Of a stretch of 64,000 nucleotides of DNA, positions 1 through 12,340 are shown in pieces. A program made the translations under genes and the position numbers. The notes under the pieces are model-generated. The model was not told where the DNA came from, searched no databases, and worked only from the letters and a program-made list of their open reading frames with translations. Numbering within the stretch: the stretch's first letter is position 1; each line of letters begins with the position of its first letter. Source of the DNA: Camelus ferus (taxonomy: Eukaryota); contig NC_045707.1 in assembly GCF_009834535.1 (NCBI RefSeq), forward strand, positions 48,176,001 to 48,240,000, in the 5' to 3' direction.

Positions 1-76
1 CATTTTCTTGGTAATTGGAAGGGAAGGAGGGCTTAGATATTTATTCAGCTTTTCACTTATATTCTTTGTCTTCTAG

Positions 77-212
77 GTGTTGATACTATCAACAAATAAC
101 CAGCTCTCTGTCCAAACCAATAGGAAAGTTAAAGGCTAACTCTTAAAATGTAGGCAGTTTCAGAAACATAACCAAAATTGGAAGGACCTAATGAAACGAC
201 ACTAGGAGAAAA
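77..212 (+). ncRNA. Candidate non-coding exon (136 nt)
   Basis: Acceptor ttctttgtcttctag|G at 76/77; donor AAA|gtaaga at 212/213; stops in all three frames. Confidence 0.55.
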
Positions 213-519
213 GTAAGAGAGTGATTTGCAGTTTTTGTTTAATTAAACTGTTTTGCATTTTAATGTTAATGTATCAGCTTCATGCTGAGCCTCTGTAGGT
301 TCAAGTAGGGTCACAAATGAATTGGAAAGAATCCAAGGGCATAAGTTAGGGGCAAGGGTAGGAATGGAGAGTGACACACTGAACACTTGGACTGACCACG
401 TGCTAAACTTTGACGTGGCAGCATCTACAGCAGATGTTGCCAGTATTTAGCAAGCACATTTCTAAATAACCTGCTAGGTCTTGAAGTACTTCTTTTCCCT
501 TGCTTTCTCTCTCTCCCAG

Positions 520-627
520 CATCTCTGCTTTATTGTCCCCCCCATATTGAAACACGCAGTCGGATGCCACTGATTAAAACTATCACCGGAGTCTATCCAG
601 AAGTCTACCTCAGGGAGTTAGAAATAA
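520..627 (+). ncRNA. Candidate exon (108 nt)
   Basis: Long polypyrimidine acceptor tcttttcccttgctttctctctctcccag|C; donor TAA|gtatgt; three CpGs retained in a CpG-poor background. Confidence 0.65.
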
Positions 628-709
628 GTATGTGACTCTCTTTATAGACTGACATGTAAATTATGAATTTGCCTTTTAATGAAAGACATTTTAATATTGT
701 ATTTCTTAG

Positions 710-891
710 TCTGGCAAGATATAACACCTTCAGGATGAGAAATGTGACTCCCCACTCCTGAAGCCATGACAGACATTCTTAATCAATCTCTGAGTCTCTG
801 CACTCCCTTTCTTTGGTCCTGGTCTTGGGCCTCAGAATAATTGCCAAAACACTGCTTCAGGAAGCAGCGACCAGTCGGTTGGAGTGGGATT
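710..891 (+). ncRNA. Candidate exon (182 nt) after an 82-nt intron
   Basis: Acceptor ttgtatttcttag|T at 709/710; donor ATT|gtaagt at 891/892. Confidence 0.6.
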
Positions 892-1350
892 GTAAGTGAA
901 ACCTCCTCACCGTCTTTGCACTGCATGGCATTCTGTTTCACATGACTACTGTATATGTAACAGCAATACCCTCTCACACGCTCTCCTATGTGTATGATAG
1001 ACCCTAAAAATAATATATTTAAAATTAATAAAAAGCATCAATTAAGTTAATAAGCTAAGTGAGACTGCATATTTATTATTGCTTGGATGAACCAGTCGTA
1101 AAATGCACATCTAATTTACACCAGAAACGTAGGTATTAGAATAGATATCAGCAAACCTCTTTAATGTTGAGGGCTACCATTTTATGGATTTTAGAAAATG
1201 CTAAGTAACCAGCTCTGGAGTTTGGTAAGGGTAATGGAGATACAAAAATGGTTAAAAAGTTGTGAAAGGGTAGAGTGCAGAGAAGGGTGTGAGGGACTAA
1301 ATGAAACAGTTCTTTCCCTCCCCTGAGGGCCTCTTCTTTTTCTTTCATTT

Positions 1351-1413
1351 TCTCTCTCTCTTTCTGTCTCTGTCTCTCTCTCTCTCACACACACACACAT
1401 CACATACACACAC
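1351..1413. repeat. Compound (TC)n/(CA)n microsatellite
   Basis: Directly visible. Confidence 0.9.
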
Positions 1414-2288
1414 AAAACAAAACGAGTATATTTAGTATTTATGATCGTGAAATATGCCTTGCTTTTGGGGAGACCCTTCACTCATCAGTTTTATTTGGGT
1501 CAAATTGTTTTCAGGTTTTACTGGAAAAGACCTTTTGTATAAATCTTGGCATGCCATCGGCGCTTGCCTGTAGAAAGTTGGGAAAACAATTTCCCATATC
1601 AAAATCTTGGTTTCTTCAGGAAAATGGCTGACATGGTAGTAATATTTATCTTTCAGGGTTTTTATGAGGATTAATCTAGTGAACTTTCCTGCCAACACTT
1701 TGAAACTATAACATACTGACAAATACGAGCTGTTTTGATAAATGGTATATGGAGTACTTGAAAAAGTGGAAAACACCCACTCAGTATCTATTATTATTCA
1801 TCAATATTATTATGATTATTTCTTTTCAATTTTGAATTAAAGTTTTAAAATACGGAGCTTTCTATGCATTGTCAACATTACATGTGCAGTGTCATTGAAC
1901 TTAGGTAATGCTTTATAATATTTTTTTTTAATTTGCTGGTTTTGATAACTATATACAAATCAATGTAGATTCAGCAGCAGCTTTTATTAGAACAAAATGT
2001 GTGTGAGAAGCAACGTGGTCATCGTTGGTTGGCCCACATGTGTGACAGTTACAGGCAACATTCAGTGAACTTCAGGAAACTAAGCAGTGTCATGTCTTCA
2101 TGCTTGTCTAAAATTAAATTTGGATTTCAGCTCAGTGCCTTTGTGGTTTAGCAATAGCCAAATAAACTGCAAGAAGTTTATTTAATGTTTAGTCTATGCT
2201 AGTGGGCTAAATTGACTAAACACTCAAGATCTTCCCACAGAAAAACTGAGTCCCTCACTGCATCCTTTCTTGGTTATTTTTTCTTTAG

Positions 2289-2359
2289 AACATTTGTTAA
2301 CACAACCAGGCTTCACTGTCTCCACTAATGAAAGCGGAGTTTAGGTGCAGATTACCATG
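2289..2359 (+). ncRNA. Candidate non-coding exon (about 71 nt)
   Basis: Strong acceptor ttattttttctttag|A at 2288/2289; donor ATG|gtgaat (alternative TAG|gtgcag at 2344/2345); stops in all frames. Confidence 0.45.
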
Positions 2360-2369
2360 GTGAATGAGA

Positions 2370-2580
2370 TCGGACATTTGATTATTTCCGGTTTAGGCTG
2401 TTATGAATAAAGCTGCTGTGAACATTTATGTGCAAGTCTTTGTGTGAACATGTGTTTTAATTTCTCTTGGGTAAATACTTAGGAATGGACTTACTAGGTC
2501 GTCCATGTAATCATGGTAAGTCTATGTTGAACTTTACTTAAAAAACTGCCAAAATGTTTTCAAGTGTAGTTGTACCACTG
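2370..2580 (-). mobile_element. Old L1 fragment (ORF2 3' end, antisense)
   Basis: ggacatttg...tatgaataaagctgctgtgaacatt...tctcttgggtaaatac is typical antisense L1M sequence. Confidence 0.8.
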
Positions 2581-2809
2581 AAACATTTTTTAGTGTTGGA
2601 CCACTTATTTGTAAAACAAAGATGTTTGACTGGATGATCTCTAAATTCCCTTCCATCATTTTGTGGCTTTAGGACTTGCTGTGCTAGACCTTCGACCTTT
2701 GCCTGTCTTGAGGTACTAGACTTGTAATTCCTTCTTTTTCTTTCACATACCTTAATTTCTGTACATTTGTTTTGTTCCTGTTAGTGTTGTTGTGGATGAT
2801 GATGATGAT

Positions 2810-3030
2810 TAGAGAGTGCTCTCATTTTTTGATGTTATGTGTGTCAGGCACAGTGCTAAGGGTTTTAGCTGACTTTTTCCATCTAACCCTCACAATAAGC
2901 ATTTGCCGCAGGTACTGGTTTTATAACCTATCTTTGTGATGAAGAAACTGCAGCTTGGAGAAGTTAAGTAACTTCCCCAAATTAATGAAGTTTTTAAGTG
3001 GTAGCGTTGCGAAACAAAACTGGGTGTGCT
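2810..3030 (-). mobile_element. MIR SINE
   Basis: tgtcaggcacagtgctaag...gatgaagaaactgcagcttggagaagttaagtaacttcccc matches the antisense MIR core. Confidence 0.75.
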
Positions 3031-4064
3031 TTGATTACTTCTAAGTTACTAATTTCTTAGCCTTGGCTCTGATTTCCCTGTTGCTACCTCTTCATCTTTT
3101 CTATGGCCCTAAGGTCTGCCTGGCGAGATTCTGGACCTCCTTCCCCTTCTCAATCTTGTTTACCATTTTTTCTTCCACACCCTGACATGACATCAGTGCT
3201 CAATGACCCAGCAACTTTCCAGAAGGCAACAAAAAAAGCAATTTAGAGTGAGGCAGGCTTAAGATCATCTTACTTATGTCAGCTCCATTAAGTTTTCATT
3301 AACAGTCAGAATGGGGTTTCTCAAATCAGCACAATACCAGTAAGCACTGCTTTGAAAAAAGAAATGCTTAACCAATAAGACATCCTATCTACATTTTATC
3401 TGAATCTAGAGAGCCCAGTCATTTCACAGCATCATAGAGGTCATTGCCAATTTTGCACTGGACAATTAGCATCCCCTTTCTCATCAAGTGGTGAAATTAC
3501 CGTGTTAGCTCTTTGCAGGAATCAGAATGTATTATTGGCTCTTCATGCTTTTCTGTGCAGTCATCATTAGGCATAACACGGACTCAGATATTGAGTATTA
3601 TCATTTAGATTAGTAAAGTGTCGTGTGACTATCCTAAGCATTTCCCATTCAATTATTTTTCAGTATATGTATGGCAAAAGCCAAGACTGTATCAATCTCA
3701 TCCTACATGTGCCCATATAAAGTCTATGCTATGTTATGTGGCTTGTGAATAAACCATGTCTGGCCTCTACATTATTTATAGTGCTAATCAACCAATTATC
3801 ATTAAAAAACACACACACATTTATTGGCTTTAAAGAGTCCTGATGAGACTTCTGAAATTGCTTTTCCTGAAATGACCTCTGCTCTGCTCTACATCCAGAG
3901 ACTTGAGGAGTTAACTCAAATCTCCACTCCCCTCGTGAGTATATTCTGACTATTTTATTTTCACTCTTCTCATTTTTTAAATTTCTAAATCATTTATAGT
4001 CACCCCTGGACATTTTAAAATTTAATTATGTGTTGTATTTTATCACTTGTGTTTCATTCGAAGA

Positions 4065-4315
4065 GAGGCATTGTGGAATACAAGTAAGAGTATGCACACT
4101 GAATTCAGACAAGTCCTGGCTTTTCTGCTTAAAAATGACGTGACTCTAGGCAAGCTTCATATCTTCTGTAGGGCTCAATTTCCTCATCTTTTAAAGCAGA
4201 CAGTAGTGCTCACAAATTATGGTAATATTAGCTGTCTCATGAGGTCCTTGCAGGCAATAAATAATTAATTGCATGGAAACGAGCATATGGAAAATGCTAA
4301 ACAAATGTTAGTTTT
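4065..4315 (+). mobile_element. MIR SINE
   Basis: gtgactctaggcaag...ctcaatttcctcatct MIR core. Confidence 0.7.
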
Positions 4316-4518
4316 TCACCTTTTCCCTCTGTGTAGATTTTAAATTCCCTGAGGCAGAACTAGGTCTTGTGACTCTAGATGTACTTCACTGTTCATTTAA
4401 TAAAAAATTATTTAGCACCTATTTTGTACTGAGCAGTGAACTCAGTACTGTGAATAGTCGTGAACAAGCCAACCATCCCTTTCCTTCTGGTCTTATGGGC
4501 TAGCAGAATACAGACAGA

Positions 4519-5012
4519 CAAATGTTACCCTGATTTATGATGGTTCGACTTAAGATTTTTTTGACTTTAAGGTGATGGGAAAGCAATACGCATTCAATAG
4601 AAATGGTACTTTGAATTTTGATCTTTTCCCAGCTTAGCAATATGTGATACAAGGCTCTCTTGTGATGCCAGACGGCAATGACTGAATCTCCCAGTTGGCC
4701 ATGCGACCATATGGGTGAACAACCGATAGACTGACACCACACTGGACCCGGACAACCTGTCTGTTTTTCACTTTCAGTACAGGATTCAATAAATTACACG
4801 AGATATTCAACACTTTATTATAAAATAAGCTTTGTGTTAGATGATTTTGCCACAACTGAAGGCCCATGTGAGTGTTCTGAGCACATTTACAGTAGGCTAG
4901 GCTAAGCTCTGATGTTCGGTAGGTGACGTGTATTAAATGTAATTTTGACTTAGGATATTTTCAACTTAGGATGGCTTTATCAGTAACCCCATTGTAAGTG
5001 GAGAAAGATCTG
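4519..5012 (-). mobile_element. TcMar-Tigger non-autonomous DNA transposon, MER82-like
   Basis: Ends caaatgttaccctgatttatgatggttcgactt and ccccattgtaagtggagaaagatctg|ta; internal taggctaggctaagct...gatgttcggtagg recognised as MER82. Confidence 0.8.
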
Positions 5013-6042
5013 TAGTAAATAAAATATAATGACTTGGTTTCACAAACATTTGGAACATCAAGAAGTTCTCCATACTGTTAATGAAATCAAAGGTGTAAAA
5101 GCAATTTATTCCTAAAGTCTTGCTGAAGAATAGAAAAGACATATTTATTGTGGTATTTCTCCCTGACCCTCATACTTTTGCATTTGTCTCATACATATTT
5201 TTGAATTGAATAGAGGCATATTATAGACAGAATCTAGATTTTTCTCTCTTTTTTTCCAGTCATGTTATAATCATAATTGTTTCACTTTTAATGTAAGAAA
5301 TATCACTTTTAAGAGTCAGTGTTTCAGAGATTTTATAGTTATTTGGCCATTTTTGCAACATGAAGCTTTCTGTTTGGCTGATATTGACAGCCTTGTCTTC
5401 ATAATTATTATAAAATATTACTTGAGTGTCTACTGTGGGTTATGCACTGCATTAGGTACCAGGAATGATTTTGCACTAAAGAAACATGTAATTTAGACAG
5501 GGAATCAACATATATGCATTTAATTGAAAAATAAATAGAAATGCAGAGCAAGTCTATTTCTAGTCAGGGAAGGCCAAGAACAATGGTCCCCCTTTTCATT
5601 CCCTTCCCCCAATTCCAGCTATACTGAAGAGTTAAATGTAAAATGTCCAGTTATTACCATAAAAAAAAAGAAAAACTTCAAATATACGTATGTTGCTATG
5701 TATTTATGGAATAGGTAAAACTGTCTACATTAAAAGCAATGGTAAATATCAGGAAGAAAATATTAAGAGAAGTAATTCTACTGAAAGCAAAAAAAAGTTT
5801 CTCATGTTGAAAAGCAAAAAATTATTAGAAATGTATTTGCAGTAAATATAACAAAGGACTAATATTGTAATACAAAAGAACATATGAAACCTGATTTAAA
5901 ATGGTAAGACCCCAATAGGTAATAAACATGATATATTAATAAAAAATAAACATAATTAGATAATAAATTAAAGAGACATGATAATATTATTAGATAATAC
6001 TTATTATATGCTAGATACCATGTTATATACTTTGCACATGTT

Positions 6043-6908
6043 ATTTTTTATTGAAGTATAGTTGATTTACAATGTTGTGTTAGTTTCTGGTGTACAGCAA
6101 AGTGATTCAATTATAGATATATGTATATGTTCTTTTTCATATTCTTTTTCAATATAGGTTGTTACTAATTATTGAATATAGTTTTCTGTGCTATGCAGTA
6201 GAACCTTGTTTATTCTGTGTATAGTAGTTAACATCTGCAATTCCTGAACTTCCAATTTATACCTCCCCCACCTCTTTCCCCTTTGGTAACCATAAGTTTG
6301 TTTTCTCTCTGTGAGTCTGTTTCTGTTTTGTAAGTAAGTTCATTTTCCTCATTTTTTTATATTCCATGTATAAGTGATTTAATGTGATATTTATCTTTCT
6401 CTGTCTTAGTTCACTTAGTATGATAGTCTCTAGGTCCATCCATGTTGCTGCAGATAGTATTAGTTCATTCTTTTTTATGGCTGAGTAGTATTCCATTGCA
6501 TATAAATATACCACAACTTCTTTATCCAATCATCTGTTGATGGACCTTCCACAAGGTTGCTTCCATGTCTTGGCTATTGTACATAGTGCTGCTATGAACA
6601 TTGGGGTGCATATATCTTTTCCAGTTGGAGTTTTCTACAGATATATGTCCAGAAGTGGGATTCCTGGATTATCTGATAAGTCTATTTTTAGTTTTTTAAG
6701 GAATCTCCATACTGTTTTCCCTAACGGTGGCATCAAATTACATTCCCACCAACAGTATAGGAAAGTTACCTTTTCTCCACATCCTCTCCAGCATTTGTTG
6801 TTTGTGGACTTTTTAATGATGGCCATTCTGACCTATGTGAGGTGATATCTCATTGTAGTTTTGATTTGCATTTCTCTGATAATTAGCAATATTGAGCATC
6901 TTTTCATG
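6043..6908 (-). mobile_element. 5'-truncated L1 (ORF2 C-terminus and 3'UTR), artiodactyl type, inserted into a MIR
   Basis: ORFs 6635-6826 ([15 protein letters not shown]...WRFLKKLKI) and 6257-6529 ([11 protein letters not shown]...ATWMDLETIILSE) are L1 ORF2 C-terminal motifs; MIR-like sequence flanks both sides. Confidence 0.95.
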
Positions 6909-8524
6909 CTTTTCACATATTCTTTTATTTAATCGCCAGAATCCTATCAACTAAGTACTATTAAGAGCCCTGGTTTATAGATGAGTAAATAAGCAGGATA
7001 GGCCAGGGGGCTTTACGGCTGAGTTTTATCTCTCAGTTCCCTTTGTAATTGAACTTAGCCTGTTGTTATTTCATTATCTTTATCAAGGAGAGAGTCAGTA
7101 AATGTTTATTGCTTATATAATCTATAGGAATAGTTTAAGTCTCATTTAATTTATACAGTATTACCTTCAGGAGACTCTAGGATATTAAGGTTAATATGAA
7201 ACAATAAAGAGATATTTCAAATTACTGAATTAGAATACAATATTATAAAAATATCAAGCTTTTCTATGTAATGTATAGAATCTGATATTAAAAATCCTAC
7301 AAGATCTTAAGATTGGAACCTCAAAAGTTATTTGGAACTTTAAGAAAAATGTTAGAAAAATTTTTAGAGAGGTAGCAACAAGAGAAAATTCTTTTCTTGT
7401 GTGTGGGGTTTCTGTTTGCTTGTTTGTTTTTGTATACTCTTGCCAATTTTAAAGCCTCCCCAACCCCTTAAAAAAAAAATGACCCTTTTTTTTCAGCCCC
7501 GAAAGGCCAAGAGTTAATTTTCAATTAACTTCATAGATGTCTACATGCATTGCAAGGATTGGTAAATGTATTTGACAGAAGATAATTTAAGAAGATTTTG
7601 TTTATTGAAGCTGACAAAAAAAAAAGACTTGCTAACCGATTGATTCCAACATCTGTCATGTTTGGACAGAGTGTTTAAACCACAGTTTGAATACAAATTG
7701 AGTTTTGGCTGGCAAACAGGTTCATATTTCAGAAATGGTTTACCTCAAGAACATTTTGAGGATAAATGTTTTTTACCTTTTCCAAACATTTATGTTAATT
7801 CAAGCATGGGCAAGTTTAAAGGCAGAGGAGAAAGCTCTTGGAAAGGGAGGAGGGATTGAAGATACTGGTGAGAAAATTGTGCCACTGTTATCCCAGCATG
7901 AAGCCTTGCATATTTGATTTCTTCTTTCCCTTCATCATTCTTATCAAATCAGTCAACCAGTCTTATACATTCTTTCTCTACAGTGTCTCCCAAACGGTCC
8001 CCTTTTTTCCTCCCACTTGCAGTGCTAGTATCCCCCTGTAACCCTCCATCCCCTTACTTTGAGGCTATTATCATAATTTAACATTTCATTTCCTTGATTT
8101 CTGGTTTCTCTTACCTTCATTCTGTCTCACACAGGCCACCAGACACATTTTCTTAAAGGACCACCTTCTTCATATCGCACTCCTGCACAGAATTTGTGTT
8201 GCTTTCTCTTGGCCTCTAAGTTTGAGCTCCTTAGCTGACATTAGAGATTCTCACATCTGAATGGTGACTCCACACATCTGGCCTAATTGCCTGCTTTTCC
8301 AGTGTTGTTTCCCAACATTCCTGGATGGTGAGACATTTGTACTTACTGCCTACTTACTACTCTCCTAGCATATTTTACATATTCCTGGCTGCGTGATTTT
8401 GTTCAGGTAGTTATCAGTTTTCTCAAATTTGATTTTCCATTTTTACAATGTATTTCAAGAAGATATAGGAGTTGTCATAAAGTCTGTCTAAATTCCTGGT
8501 CCTAGGTGTTGCATTTTCCTCCCT

Positions 8525-9160
8525 TTTAAATAGACTTTATTTTTTAGAACAGTTTTAGGTTCACAGCAAAATTGAGTGGAAAGTACATAGAGTTCCCTTA
8601 TATCCTTTAATTCCCCTGACCCCCTACACACAGCCTCTCCTACCATCAACACCCCAAATCAGAGCCATACAGTTGTTACAAGTGGTAAACCTACATCAAC
8701 ATCATCCAAAGGCCATAGATTACATTAGAGTTCACTCTTGCTGTCGAACATTCTGTGGATTTGGACCAGCATATAATGGCATCTATCTACTATAATAATA
8801 TCACACAGAATAGTTTCACTGCCCTAAAATTCCTGTGCTCCTCTTATTCATCCTTCACTCACCCCTGACCTCTGGCAACCACTGATCTTTTTACTGTCTC
8901 CATGGTCTCCATGGTTTTGCTGTATAGTTGGCATCACACTGCCACACTTGTAGCCTTTTCAGATTGTCTTCTTTCGCTTAGTAATATGCATTTAAATTTC
9001 CTCCATGTCTTTTCATGGCTTTATAACTCATTTCTTTTTATCTTTGAATAATGTTCCATTTACTGGAGTGTTTATATTTATCCATCCACCTACTGAAGGA
9101 CTTCTTGGTGGCTTCCAAGTTTTGGTAATTATGAATAAAATTTCTATGACCACCCATATG
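8525..9160 (-). mobile_element. L1MC-like 3' end
   Basis: aaatagactttattttttagaacagttttaggttcacagcaaaattgagtggaaagtac is the characteristic terminus. Confidence 0.85.
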
Positions 9161-9214
9161 CAGTGGAGGAGCCCTGCTCATCTGCATGTATAAATAATAT
9201 TTACTTCTGCTACT

Positions 9215-10290
9215 CCTGTCCTACACACAATGTCCAGTTTTCAACCAAAAATTATCAGGTGCACAAAAAAGCAAAAAAATATTTCATCCATTGTCAAGGA
9301 ACAAAGCAACTACAGAACTCAGATATGACCCAGGTGTTGGAAATACCAGACCAGGAATTTAGATTACTATGATTATTATGTGAAAGTATCTAGTGAAAAA
9401 GATGTGTAAAAGTCATAAACAGCTAGGGAATTTTACCAGAGAGATGAAAACTGTAATCATCAAAATCATAGGGAAAACCGTAGTAACAGAGATGATGATT
9501 GCTTTTGCCAGGGTTATCGATAGACTAGACACAGACAAGGATTAGTGAAGATAGGTCAATAGAAATTAATCAAAGTGAAACAGAGAGGAGAGTTAAAAAA
9601 AAAAAAAAAGAGGACATCTAAGAGCTGTGGGACAATATCAAATAGTCCAACACATGTGCAAGGGAAATCTAGAAGGAGAAAGGGAGAGGATGTAGAAGAA
9701 AAACTTGAAGAATAAGAATTACATCAGACTTCATCAGAAACTATTCAACCCAGAGGATACTGAAATAACATCTTTAACGTGTTGGGGGGAAAAAAGTCAA
9801 TCCAAAATTCTTCACATGGCAAAGTATCTTTTAAAAAAGGAGAATCATGGACTGTTGCAGACAAACAAACAAAAAAATTATTCCCAGGGTAAATTTATTA
9901 CAAGAAATGTTAAAGAAAGTTGTTCAGAAGGAGTATGATACCACATGTAAACTTCTGTCTTCAGAGAGGTGAAGAATGCGGACCATTGTGAAAATAAATG
10001 TTAAAATAAATATTATTTTCCATTATTTTAATGACTAAGTGATCATTACCTATCTAAAACAAAAATAATGGCCATTGATTCTGGGTTTGTAAAAGTGAAG
10101 TATATGACCATAATAGCACAGGAATGAGAGGGAGGAATTGGTAATATACTGTTATAAGGTGCTTACACTACAAGTAAAGTGTTCTAATATTATTTGAAGG
10201 TAGACTCTGAGTAACTAAAGAATAATATTTTAAGCCCTAAGACAGCTACAAAAAACTTTTTAAAAAGAAGTATAAATAATAATTAGTTGA
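9215..10290 (+). mobile_element. Decayed L1 ORF1 and inter-ORF region
   Basis: A-rich strand; cagatatgacccaggtgttggaa, agagctgtgggacaatatcaaa and catcagacttcatcagaaact are L1 ORF1-like. Confidence 0.75.
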
Positions 10291-11873
10291 CAAATATACT
10301 CTTTCTGGTCACCTCACGCTAGTATAAAATTTTTTGTCATGCTACTTTTTTAAATGATATTCATCTATAGATCACTTTTTCTTTTATAGCCTCTTTTTAG
10401 ATCTGTTTACAATTGTTTTATATTATAGAGACTTTTAAGGACTACACACCTTGACATTACCTTGGCATTCTGTACAAATAAAATATGGATTCACATTTGA
10501 AAAAAAATAAAATGGGACAAAAACAAAGCTATATCACAGTTGCCCTGAAAACTACATTCCTTATCTGTAGAGGATCTGTAGAGGATACACAAGGCAAAGA
10601 AAACTGTCTTAAACATGAAACTTGAAAAATGACAATGCCAATGAGAAAACATCTTTGCATTCCTCCCCTCCTATTCCCCACATGGACAAATTTGAGTTGT
10701 AATATGAGCAGCAGACTTTTTGAATAAGGAAAAAAATTAGTATGTACAAATGCATGATGTATGATACATCCAAGAATGGAAAAGCCGCATGTTTATTCTA
10801 ATAAAATAAAGAACCAACATGACATAAAAGGTGATTATGGATAAGTCCAGCCCAGAAAGAGACAGACCAATTCTTAAATAAGGTTTTCATTTAGCCTTTC
10901 TACATTCATATTCATTGGGCCTCAATTTTAATGAAGTACACATAAAGAGTAGAGCCCAAATCTGTCCATTAAATATCCTATGTTCCTTTTTTTGTTCCAA
11001 TGGGTTGCATTATAATGGTCTGTTGTTTTGATGGCTGACAGGAGACATCCAAATTTAACTAAAGTTGGCAAATTCACTGATGAGATGTGGAGTTAGCCTG
11101 GATTTGAGTGTCAGCTTGTGTGGATTGTTCGATGTTCTTGAGCCTCATCTTCAAATAGTGAAACTATTTAGCGTTTTTGCTGGAGTCATTAGTAAACACA
11201 GGTGGAAAAACTAGCTTGGAACTCAACATTCAGAACATGATAGGATAAGTCTTATCACTGAAAGAACAACGTAGAAAAAGCAACCTGGTTTGCAAGTTTG
11301 GACAGTGCTCATCTAGTCCTGATTGGAGGACTGATTTTTGAGGGATCTTAGGTGATTTATTTCACCTTTCTGGCCTTCAATTTCCTCATGTCTAAAATGA
11401 GGAAGTTGGAATAGATCAGCTAGTTAAACATTTTTATAGCAACCCAACCCTATGTATAAATGAAGTCTTAGACAAAAGGTCAGTGTTTAAAGCGATACAA
11501 GCAGAGCTGGTGAGGTTAAACTTAGCATTTGGAACACAAACCCTCAGTCTCCCCTCTCACGACCTCCCAGGACTGTCCAGGCACCTCCTAGGATGTTGTG
11601 GACTCAGCAGAGCATTAGAATAGATGATTGTCAGGATACTTTGGAACAAGTCTTTCTGTTCTTTTAATGTTTGTACAATGTATCCAATCGATGATTTTTT
11701 TTAATTAAGCCAATAGCTTACTGTGTCTTTCTAAGAATAAGCCCAAACAGTAATCTTTATCACAAAAGTGATAGACTGATGTAATCCATTTTAACAATTA
11801 AATAAATTTAGTGACCCAATCCATTGCTCAGAACTTACTATATTGAAGATCGAATCAACATGCCACAGCAGCT

Positions 11874-11874
<1 letters not shown>

Positions 11875-11931
<57 letters not shown>

Positions 11932-11940
11932 TGTGTGTGT
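11875..11940. repeat. Interrupted (TG)n microsatellite
   Basis: Directly visible. Confidence 0.95.
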
Positions 11941-12159
11941 ATATACACTTCCAATCAGCCCCATACAGTCATAGCTCTCATAACTGGTAATGTGCAGACA
12001 ATATATATTTTTTTAACCTGTCACTTGATTTTCATCAGAAAGATGTCAGCAGCTGCATACAGGTCAAAACAGAATTCCCGAAGTTAATAAGGTTAATTAA
12101 ACTTTTGGTGGAATATCCTCAATTCTAAATCAGATTTAATTAACTGGATACAAGACTCT

Positions 12160-12340
12160 ATTCTCATTTTATCTTCAAATAACCCTTTGTAGGAGGTGCC
12201 ATTATTGTCACTTTATACATGTGGAAAATGTAACTTCATCTTTAGAGAACTTATCTGGAATCACATTGGCTATTAAGTGGCAAGGGCAATATGTTAGCCC
12301 AGTTTTTTTGATTCCATATTCAGTCCTCTTTTTACTAAGC
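12160..12340 (-). mobile_element. MIR SINE
   Basis: Degenerate antisense MIR core (attattgtcactttatacatgtggaaaatg...taagtggcaagggc). Confidence 0.55.

Noticed and set aside
3840..3860. CTGATGA-gacttct-GAAA, a second hammerhead-like spacing (and CTGATGAAGGTC at about 48415)
   Set aside because: No viable stem II at 3840; no closing helix or GAAA at 48415; a shared 13-mer is expected by chance in 64 kb.
6257..6845. ORFs with real protein motifs (also 39056-39319)
   Set aside because: Fragmented L1 ORF2 C-terminus, not host genes.
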